From IMG/VR virus record IMGVR_UViG_2061766007_000586, positions 224,001 through 288,000 of that record: a DNA stretch of 64,000 nucleotides; one strand, written 5' to 3'. Below, one piece after another: positions 48,126-58,500 of the stretch. Positions within the stretch are counted from its first letter, which is position 1; every line of letters begins with the position of its first letter. Position numbers and translations under genes: made by a program. The stretch is from a virus. Its lineage: Duplodnaviria > Caudoviricetes. Below the pieces are notes generated by a model, which ran no database searches, was not told the origin of the DNA, and saw only the letters and a program-made list of their open reading frames with translations.

Positions 48126-48248
48126 CTCTATCTCCTTTGGTTTATGGTTTTATCAATCTTAACTACAGATTGATTTCTTAACGTAATATATATCTATACA
48201 AAAAATGAGATAGAGAGAGGGATCTCCTCTCTCTATCATAGTAACGTT

Positions 48249-49793
48249 TTATACGAAAATATCTTTGATCTCATCGGCCCATTCAGGCTTGATAATTAAC
48301 CCGTTTGTGTCGATCTGTAAATATGGATTAATATCTCCAGCTATGACAGGTTTACTTTCTGTCAGCGAGACAATAGATTCCACGACTAAGTGACTAGGAT
48401 GTGCCTTTAATTGTGCAGGCTTCATCTTAGCTTTCTTTTGATTCTTGCCACCAGCAATTTCAGTGTTTTCGAAACTTCTTTCACGTTTCGTAAGAATCGT
48501 GATCATTTCATTATCATTGAAGAAGCTGGGATTAGGTGTGAACTTAGCAGCTGTAACCCAATTTTCCATTTGGCTACAACGACTAATTGCTTTCTTTACG
48601 TTATCTGGTTTTAATTCTGGTTTCTTTGTATTCACCAGATCAAACAACGTACGATTGATACGGGAAACTAACGGACTCAATGTCTTTTCAAGAGAGCCAA
48701 TCTTCTTGTTATAAAGATCACAAGGAGAATAACTAACTAGCCATTGATCCATTTCGTAGAATGCGGTATAAAGGAAATCATAGATGTTATTTACTTCAAT
48801 ACCAATTCCACGTAATTGTGCTTTTGCAGGTTCATCTAAAACAGTATCTGTAGTTGCAAGATGCTTACCAGCATTTTCCGCATACATAACTGCTTTATCA
48901 CTATCAGCACCTTTAATTTGACTATACGTATATCGTCCTAAAACGACTCTATAATAACCAGGTGAGGAGCTGATTAAATCTCTGAGATTAAACTGTGACC
49001 ACTCATGCAAGCACATGAGATAACTTGCTATTACTCTACGCTTATATTTGTCATCAAACACTGTGTCAAGAACACGCAGATAGATACTATCTGGCTTGAT
49101 TGTAATATAAGAATAATTTTCTTCTTTCACATACTTATTCACAATCTGAATTTCATCAGGTGTGAACTTGTAATAAGCCATGCAATGATAGAATGGCATC
49201 TTCACTAAATGATACAAGATAATCGGGACTACACAGGCGTTCTTACCTCTGCCTCTACGTCCTTGATGTATCTTACATTGATTTACAATTTCTTTATATG
49301 TTTTACCTTTATCTGTTGTAAACGTAAATGTTGCATTACGATACAACATGATAGGTGCACACATAACTTTCAAGATGATTTCGTTATGTGCATGATTGAG
49401 TCCACCAGGTTCAATTTCATATAGAATTGGCCAATAGTGAGTATTGCTCATTAGAATATGATTATCAACCATATACGGAACATCAACAAACACATAATAA
49501 GGATTGTTCATGAAACTGAATTCATAACGAACAGTTTCAAATGTGCTTTTCAGAATTGAGACGCGTTTTCTAAGAATTTTGTTAGTACGAGTACATTGAA
49601 TCACTTCCTCAGGTGTCAATACTTTAAATCCAATATATTGGACTTGTTGAGGAAGCTTTTTGTCAGATTCTTTAAACAGACCATCAAGATAAGGTGTGAT
49701 CTGTCTAATTTTCTCTTTACGATAGTCTTTCAGCAAATAGTTGTTGAAATCCGGTAAGAGATTACTATACTTTGTTAGAACACGTTTCCACAC
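48249..49793 (-). CDS. non-virion RNA polymerase beta subunit, N-terminal half (phiKZ gp123-like)
   Basis: size, synteny, C-terminal H.S......G.INPY motif. Confidence 0.7.
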   Translation of the reverse strand: MWKRVLTKYSNLLPDFNNYLLKDYRKEKIRQITPYLDGLFKESDKKLPQQVQYIGFKVLTPEEVIQCTRTNKILRKRVSILKSTFETVRYEFSFMNNPYYVFVDVPYMVDNHILMSNTHYWPILYEIEPGGLNHAHNEIILKVMCAPIMLYRNATFTFTTDKGKTYKEIVNQCKIHQGRRGRGKNACVVPIILYHLVKMPFYHCMAYYKFTPDEIQIVNKYVKEENYSYITIKPDSIYLRVLDTVFDDKYKRRVIASYLMCLHEWSQFNLRDLISSSPGYYRVVLGRYTYSQIKGADSDKAVMYAENAGKHLATTDTVLDEPAKAQLRGIGIEVNNIYDFLYTAFYEMDQWLVSYSPCDLYNKKIGSLEKTLSPLVSRINRTLFDLVNTKKPELKPDNVKKAISRCSQMENWVTAAKFTPNPSFFNDNEMITILTKRERSFENTEIAGGKNQKKAKMKPAQLKAHPSHLVVESIVSLTESKPVIAGDINPYLQIDTNGLIIKPEWADEIKDIFV

Positions 49794-49824
49794 ATTTTGC
49801 TCCTCTCTGTGTGTTTAGGGGGTT

Positions 49825-50961
49825 TTATTTTTTAGCGACAAAAGCTTTGATAACTTCAAGAGTTAAAGTTGCTAACGCAGGGACCGATGCAGCTAGTACG
49901 ATGTGCCATAACTTATATTTCTGTTCCGTTTCAGTAGCTTGTGTCTTAACATCACTAATTTTAACATCATTATCTGAAATATGAGATGATGCATAAAGTT
50001 TTTGTCGATCAGTATGTTCTTTCATGAATGCAGTGGACGCTGCAAGATCATTTCTTATACTATCATATTTTAACTTATAATCATCTCGTTCGCTTTCTAA
50101 TTTAGAAATTTGTGTTTGCAAGGATGTCGCTTTAATTGCACTATCAGATAACTTAACTTCGAACCCTTTCTTCTGAGTTTCTAATTCAGCTTTATGTTCG
50201 ATCTTCAGTTTATCAATAGATTCATTAAACATTGACATTGTAATCCAGCGGAAAGAACGTCCGTATTCTTTCGCACACAATTCAGTTGTAGTCACAAATG
50301 GAATTACACGATTTTGAAATTCCATTGTGTTTTGTTTGCCTGTGAGAAAATCATTTAAGATAATTTCTTCTGTACTATATGACCCATTAACTGAGAAAAT
50401 TAATGTAAGTACAAAATCATCTCCAGACATATGTGTAACAGGAATCTTCGTTACTTGTGTATCTATTAAGGTATACAAGTAATCGAATGAGTTTGTTGGA
50501 TCATTTGCCATGATCTTCAACATTGGAGCATCATCGAAGGCACTAGATATTTTAGCTATGCCTTCTTCTAGACAACTAGCATAATCTGTTTTCTGAAATG
50601 GATGACAACATAGTGCTGCATCTTCAGGTGTACAGATTACGACGTCAAATTCTTTGACGTAGACTGGTTCTTGCTTTATCATGGGACCAGATACAGTTGC
50701 TGTTATACCTGGCATCATGACGTCAGCACAATTGGGTTGCTTTGAAATTCCTACATGTCCTCGTCGTGATAATACTACAGCATTTCGCTGTAGATATGCA
50801 CCATTTGGAGATGGTGGAATTTGGTGCTGAGTACCGGAAGAATCTAGAATAACTATGGTATCCATACAACCATTAAAGATTGAGATTTCTTGATACCAAG
50901 CTACTCTATTTTCTGCCAAGGAACCCCGCTCCTGCTCTGTTAGAGTATAGCGGACAGACAT
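49825..50961 (-). CDS. conserved coiled-coil protein (phiKZ gp122-like by synteny)
   Basis: upstream of nvRNAP beta; hydrophobic C-terminus; TATATTAC at 51006-51013. Confidence 0.55.
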   Translation of the reverse strand: MSVRYTLTEQERGSLAENRVAWYQEISIFNGCMDTIVILDSSGTQHQIPPSPNGAYLQRNAVVLSRRGHVGISKQPNCADVMMPGITATVSGPMIKQEPVYVKEFDVVICTPEDAALCCHPFQKTDYASCLEEGIAKISSAFDDAPMLKIMANDPTNSFDYLYTLIDTQVTKIPVTHMSGDDFVLTLIFSVNGSYSTEEIILNDFLTGKQNTMEFQNRVIPFVTTTELCAKEYGRSFRWITMSMFNESIDKLKIEHKAELETQKKGFEVKLSDSAIKATSLQTQISKLESERDDYKLKYDSIRNDLAASTAFMKEHTDRQKLYASSHISDNDVKISDVKTQATETEQKYKLWHIVLAASVPALATLTLEVIKAFVAKK

Positions 50962-51103
50962 TACGACCTCCTTTGAGGTTAAGGTTAAAAAGATATCACA
51001 TTATAGTAATATATATTTTAACCGAAAATGGCCTATCCGTATTAATATGAATATATAATACAAAAAAATTACCAGGTAGGGAGTAATCCCTACCTGGTGA
51101 GTA

Positions 51104-52510
51104 TTAAAGATAACTGAAACTTCCATACCCATAAAGAGTATATCTGTTACAAATACGATCTGTCGTATGGTTACGACGATCATAAGCGTTTCTTGTCCAT
51201 GTATCACGTATAGCTGGTTGGTTATGAAGCATGTAAGATGATAATCTAGCCTGACGATCAGTACCTAAACTAATACGTGCATACTTGATACCGGTAGCTG
51301 TTAAATGCATATAGGTACGAATATCAACATTTGTACCTTTGATTAACATATCCATTGAACGAACACAAGGATGATCTTTCACTAGACTTTTGATTCTAGA
51401 TGAGAAGTTCAATTTCTCTGTTGTTTCAATAAGACCTTCAATTGCACTTTTAGCTTTACATGCTCCGTTGTAAACACTAATGCCGCCTTTAACAAGTCTT
51501 TCAGCATTACCAATCATGCCCATGAATGCACTCTGCTTATCAAGGCATGATCCCATTGCAATACGAATTGCCATAAGACCTGTATTCACTGCAGTTTGAG
51601 CTAATGTTTCTGCCATACCAATTAACAGCTCAGGACTATGCTGTACAATGTTACTGACACTATTGATTGTGACAGCAGCAAATTCACCAGTCAATGCTAA
51701 TGTTTCAGCAGCACTAGCCATTAAACCAAAACCAATACTAACTTTAGAGAATAACTGAGATGCACAAGGGTTAAAGTTAGGAATACCACTGATAGCACCA
51801 CCTAATAATTGGGCAAGTGATGTACCAACAGATGCAGATAACTCATCAAAATAATCACGAATGTTATTCGGAGTTAAAGTTCCTGTGGCTACCATACCAA
51901 TTAGAGATTCACCAAAGTCTTTTCCTGCTTGCTTAATCTCTGCAAGAGCAACACTCTTTGTACAATCCATAGAAGCCAAATCAGTTGCATCATTTCCTGA
52001 AATACGATTTGACTTGGATATGAAAGATTCTGCTACTCCAACTTTCATACTTGCCGCATTCTTCTGCATAACACCAGCAACAAATGTAGGATCACTACCT
52101 TCATTACTACAAGTATCACACATACGTTTCTTTTCAGCAGCAATTGCTTTTTGTTCTTCTGTAAGATTCACAGGAGTATCAGTAGCTGTTCTTGCTAATT
52201 CAGTTGCAGTTGTTCTCTGTAAATTATCATCATTCTTAACTGTAGTAGGATCTTGCTCTACGACGGCAGGAACAGTAGAAGCTAAACTAATTAAGTCACC
52301 CCAAGATGCACGAATCTGCTGAATATAATTATTCTGCTTTAATTCAGCATTAAGAGTTGCTTTACGTTTTACCTCTTGTCTTTTTGCTGCCAATTCTGCT
52401 TGTTTAGATGTACGACTTGTTAACTCACTTGCAACAGAGTCCCATACTTTCATCACATAAGAATTATCATCGAAGAGCTCAGAATCAATGGGTGTTAATA
52501 ATAACGCCAT
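51104..52510 (-). CDS. hypothetical Ala/Ser-rich helical protein, probably virion-associated
   Basis: 468 aa directly downstream of the polyprotein. Confidence 0.7.
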   Translation of the reverse strand: MALLLTPIDSELFDDNSYVMKVWDSVASELTSRTSKQAELAAKRQEVKRKATLNAELKQNNYIQQIRASWGDLISLASTVPAVVEQDPTTVKNDDNLQRTTATELARTATDTPVNLTEEQKAIAAEKKRMCDTCSNEGSDPTFVAGVMQKNAASMKVGVAESFISKSNRISGNDATDLASMDCTKSVALAEIKQAGKDFGESLIGMVATGTLTPNNIRDYFDELSASVGTSLAQLLGGAISGIPNFNPCASQLFSKVSIGFGLMASAAETLALTGEFAAVTINSVSNIVQHSPELLIGMAETLAQTAVNTGLMAIRIAMGSCLDKQSAFMGMIGNAERLVKGGISVYNGACKAKSAIEGLIETTEKLNFSSRIKSLVKDHPCVRSMDMLIKGTNVDIRTYMHLTATGIKYARISLGTDRQARLSSYMLHNQPAIRDTWTRNAYDRRNHTTDRICNRYTLYGYGSFSYL

Positions 52511-52521
52511 AATTCATCACC

Positions 52522-55500
52522 TCATATATCAACTAAATTAATATCTAAATGCATCGCTGTCAGCCATACTTGACCAACAACAGCAACACGTGTTCTATTC
52601 ATAGGATCTAACTGGTTCAGACTAACTTCACCAGTTTCTTCTAGTGAGCGTTTGAACTCAGCGTAGTTATGAATATTACCGCCACGTACATTTGCTAACT
52701 CAAATAATGACGCATTCAGATTTCTTGCGTGGAAGATCTGGATCTGAGGACTTGTAAGTGAGCAACATTTTGAATCACCTGAAACCTGACCAGATAATCC
52801 GTCAATAGTTTTATCATTATCAGGTACAGATAACTTTTCATCTAAGAACTGTTGCTGTCTACGAACAGGTAACTGAACAACTAAATATTCTTCAGGAGTT
52901 AGATACTTAATACCAGTGTGTTGATCACGCATCCAAAGTCTGTGCATAAGTTTAACGCCTAAGGCATGTGCTGCATTAACCATATCTTTGCTACGTAATG
53001 TAACTTTGAATGGTGGTACATACATGTGGACATTTTCCTTATGCTCTCTTATATTGTGCATGAAATTATCAAAGTCTTTATCAGACATGGTATCAAATTT
53101 CTTCTTCCAGTAAGAAGTATTGATATCAGTATTTGGATCCAAAAGCTTCATTGCCTTCAGAATGTAATCCTGAATCTTCTTACGCTTAATTTTCATTTCA
53201 GAAGATGTCGCTTCTGTTGAAACTTCAAGAGATTCTGTAGCATACATTTCAGCACCAACAGCTTTCGTATATTTATAATCTTTCATGATCTTGATTACAA
53301 CCGGTTTGATAACGTCTAATGATATTTCGCTTCTTAATTTATTCTGAATAGCACGTTCTTTTGCAAATGCTCTAGTATAAATAGAATCTTCATTTTCATC
53401 ATGACGTTTATTTTTGTATTTCTCTAATGTTTCAAGAACACCTATAGAAATATCATCAACCGTTTTGTAATGATGTAATCTTTCCCACTTTTCAGGTTGA
53501 TCCGTTTTATCATGACCTTCTAAGATCCAAAGTGTAGGACGAAGACAGATTTCATAATAAGACGTTTGTGGGAATCCACGATCGGCATATGCAACAAGAG
53601 CACTTAATCCTTCTAATGTACCAATCTTAATATTCTGTGATTTTCTCCAAGAATGACTATGTTGGAGAACAGCTTTATAAATAGCTTCCAGTTGCTCTTC
53701 TGTAAAAATGTTCAACTTTGGAAGTTCTTCTTTTGCTAACTTCACTGAAATAAGATTGTGATGAGTTTCTGGTGTTTCTTGTTTATGACCGATATCATGA
53801 CAGACTATAGCTGCATATTCAACATCAGTTAAATCTTGTTTACCTTTTAATACATAAGCAGTTGCTAACACTTCTTGAATATGGTTTACACCATGAGATC
53901 CAACAAGATCGTAATACTTCTTGCATACATCCCAGATGCGTCTCTTATTCTGATTATTAGCGAACTGCGCATTAGCATAACTAGCAGGCATACCTTCTGT
54001 ACTGATTGTGATCTTCTGATCTGTATTAGGTTCAGGAAGTGTAAGTTCGTTATGTTTTAGTTCATGTTCTTCACGGTATTTGTCTACAATCTTAACACAT
54101 TCTTCCACTGTGAGTTTGTCAAAGAATTTGTTCATCTTTTTGATTTCATCTTTATAATACTCTCTATAGAGTTTAGGATAAATCATTTCACCATTGCTTC
54201 CATAGATTTTAGACATGTATTTAACAACATTTTCCATGTTTTTATCATGGTCAGTGCATCCATGTCTTAATCCCCAAACATAGGATTTGTTTAAAATCCA
54301 TGGAATGTCTGGAGGATTTGTATCAGCAGATGCTAACAAATCTGATAGTTCAGATGAATGAAGATTCTTTGGATTGGTTGTTTCATCGTGTTCAAGAATA
54401 GCAACACAAATATCTTCAATTTCTTTCTCAGAGAAGAAACCACATTTCTTAAGATCTGGTTTAGCAATTTCAACACCCTTAAGTCCATGACCATCTTTCT
54501 TAGGATATATAGATTTACATCCACTATCGTGATAAAGAATGGTAGCATATTCTTGTAGTGTAAGATCACGATGCTTAATCGCTTTCGTCAGAAGAATTCC
54601 ATTAGCTATGTCATGTTGAACATGAGCCCAGGAATTAGCTCCTTCAGGACGATAGTGTGGTTGAGCCATACTGTTTAGAACACGTTGTTCATGTGTATCA
54701 TTCAGTAACACCATTCCTTCAAATGAAGATGCAATTGAATATTCTTCATTTGAATTCTTTTTCTTATCAGATTTTTCATGTTCTTCTACAATAGCATCGA
54801 ATGCCATTGCAGATTCATTCATTATGTCTTCCATTCGTGTTGAAAGATTTCCGCGATCACCAGTATCAAGGACAAGAGAAATAATGTCCACAGGACAGTC
54901 TTGACCAATACGATGAACTCGGTCGGAAGCTTGTTCATAATCTACACTTCTCCACGGTTTGTTTAAGAAAATAACACGATTTGCTGCTGTTAAAGTAGCA
55001 CCGGTTGAGAGGGTTTGTAGAGAGGCGATTAATGGATTATAACTAGGATCTGTTTGGAAGAGTTTAGCGAGTGGTGCGATTTCACTAGAATTCTTACCAT
55101 AAATCACAATAGGTTTATAACCTAATGATTTGACATAGGCTTCACATGTTTCAATTGTATCAACAAAAGAAGTAAAGATAATTGTTTTCTTTTGAGCTTC
55201 TTCTATCAGCTTTTGAATATCCGCTGCTTTCAGCATAGCTGATGTCATTTCAATACGAAGTTTACCAAGGAATTGACCTAGTACTTCACCACGTATCTTT
55301 AAATGCAAATATTTAATTGCTGCTTTACAATGTCTAAATTTATGAAGTAATTCGGAAGTAAATTGTTTTTCAACAACTGTCTTCTCATAATTATTTGCCC
55401 ACGCTATATCAGGATCACCATGCTCAAACTGACCATGATTGTGAATCAGTTTCTTTATAATCTGCTTATAACGTTTAAAATCAGGATCGTCTGCTATTTT

Positions 55501-58500
55501 AGATTTCTCTAAGAATTCCATGCACTCTATAAATTCTTTTCGATATTCTTCCATATGCTCACGATGGTATTTTAAACGTTCTTTAATGTATAATTCCATT
55601 CCTTTTCTTACTTCTTGCGTGGTATACTTATCACCATTTGGAAGTTTTATTTTAATAGTCGTACGAGTCTTAGGTGGAAGATTCAAGACTTCTTTTGTAA
55701 CACGTGCCATAACACCGTGCAAACGTGCATTGAGTACATCTGTTGCAATTTTCACATTGTAACCAAATGTATTCTTGAAGATGGTAGCAGCTTCTTCATC
55801 AAACATTGGGTCCAAAATATAAAGCAGTGGAATCATTTCTACACCACAAGCTTTAATCGGAGTTCCTGACATCAGTAAGATATCTGTTTTATCTGAAGCT
55901 TTTGCTAAGTCAATTAACTTTCTAGTACGACCAGATTGAATGCGTAAGAAGTTATGGCTTTCATCTACAATTACACCCATGTTTGCTGTTTTCACACCAG
56001 CCATGGAATTCATCTTGTCAATAGCATCGTAATTGAAGATACAGAATCTTTGACCTTTGAATTCTTTATCTACACCAGACACATAAATCGATTGTTCTGC
56101 TTTATAGAATTTTTGGAAGTGATTCTTCCATGTTTCTACCATTGTATTCTTAGGACAGATTACTACAACACGATCTTTGTTCAATGCTTCCATCAAAGCA
56201 ACTGATGTAATTGTTTTACCTAATCCCTGAGAGAATGATAACAGATAACCACGAAGTTTATGAGAATCTTTTAAGTCAGCGTAATCTTTAATAAATTTTT
56301 CCTGATGAGGATAAAGATTACAATTCAGATTTCGATAAACACGATTGATATCACAATCTGTATGAGTTTTTGGTTTTTCACCAATCCATGTATCTTTTCT
56401 TAAATGATCCACAATGAATGGAACCATTTTGAATTTCTCTAATAAGTAGATTAATTCAGGAACAAAGAACTTATGGATTTTAATAGTACGAGTATTTGTG
56501 AACCAAGTTGTAATACCAATCGATCGAATGATCTGAAGAAGATTTTCTAACTTAGTAGAATTGTAATGCTTTTTGAGTCTATGAAAGAAAGGATATACAG
56601 GGAAGCTTCTTATGATGTAATATTTACCAGCATCCATAACGAGCTGATAATCCTCAGTAGAGACTTCATCTGTAACATCAGGTATGTATTCTAGACTTTC
56701 AATACCTGCATATTTATTTCCTTTTGCTTCCTTAGCAAAGTTCTCATCATATTTCCTATGCCAGGTAATATGAATTTTTATTTTCTTATCAACTGGAAGA
56801 GGACTATAAGAAACAAACAAATAGTCATTCTTATCCTTTGGTGTAGAGAAATATAATTTATCAACACAGTTTTCAGTTTTAGTGCAATAAATGAATCCGT
56901 CATTTTCACCAGATGCTTCTTTCAGATCTGGATCATTGTGAACAATCTCTACATGTTTAAAAACTGTATTACTATCTTTTGCTTTGTCAAACTCTACAAA
57001 GTGTTCACGATAATCTGGCTTCTTAGAAGCATGACCTTTCATGAATTGTGCACAGTGTAGACTTGCCAAGCCTAACGTACGCTCCATATATACTACAGGA
57101 GCTTTAATGTCTCTGTTTGCTCTATTCTTACAGAAATGAACAGCAAGCTGATTGATGTCTAAGTCTCTATGAGTTCCATGATACAGATACTTACCGAATT
57201 TCTTGCGGATATCTGCAGGAATCATTTCTTTCTTAAAACCTTCAGTTGAATATTCTGTTCCATCTGGTTCAACATGAACCTTATCCATATAGAAAGATCG
57301 TATTTCACCGTAGATGGTAGAAGCTAATTCTTCTTGCTCTTCATTTACACTAAATGAAATTAAAGCACTTTTACTAAGTTCGTCAGTATGGTGTGTTGCT
57401 GCTAACTCAGCCATGTAAAACACAAGAGCCCAGGTAGGCATGTTGGTCGGATCCCAGAAATCAGGATACGAATACATGCTTTCTCTTCTCTTTGCTTCTA
57501 ACGATGCTAATTGTGTTTGAACATAATTATCAACAAAGAGATCAAATGAACTTTTCAGTTCAACAGGAGCATATTGTTTTACAATAAATGGAGAATAAGC
57601 AACGATTTGTTCTATACTGAGAAGATTCTTATCATACTGTTCTAATGCCTGTTTAATTCTAACATCATGAGCCCAATCTTCATTTGAATGTGCTTCAAAA
57701 TAAGTTTGAGCTAACTTTTGAATAAAGACATTACAACGAACCATATACTTAATATAGAACTCATAAATGGAGCGAGCAATAGCTCCAAGCTGAGATCTAT
57801 CGTATTGATTTACTTCTACTGTAGATAACTCATCTGTGAGTTTCTCAGATGGAAGTTTAATACGATTAAGTATTTGTTGTAAAACAGTACTCTTTTCTAC
57901 TTTAGCATTCTGGAAGAATTCAGTAACTTTGAAAGAAGCATCTTTTTCCCATTCGGGATAAGCTAATTTAATTTCGTGGTGATCACCAATATTAAGATAA
58001 TTCGTGATACCTTTTGAAAGAGCTTCAGCTGCTGCTGCAAGATCTTCTTCTGACCAAGTTACATCAGAGAGGGATTCCATGTCATTCAGTTCTTCCACTG
58101 ATCCTTCTCCTTTTCGTTTAATTTCTTCTTCAGAAGATTTACATACCCAGTTAACTGTAACTGGTTCACATTTCATATAGTCAACATCACCTTCAATAAC
58201 GAATTCAACATCACTATTTGTATTCTTATTGAACATGTGACATTTGTCTTTGTATTTGGAAAAATCAATTGTGTAAAGATATCCAGTAGATTGACCTTTG
58301 AATGGTTTAAATCCTCTGATATTCATCTCTACACCAATTTCATTTGGTATTGAATAAAGTTCAGAAATAGGCTTGTTCCAAACATCATAACCAAAATTAC
58401 AACTTGTAACTTTCTTACCAAGTTGTTTTTCTATTCCAGCTAAGATATCTTTTTTATTAATTAAGAAGCAAGCTACAATTCCTTTACAAGGAGTAACAAA

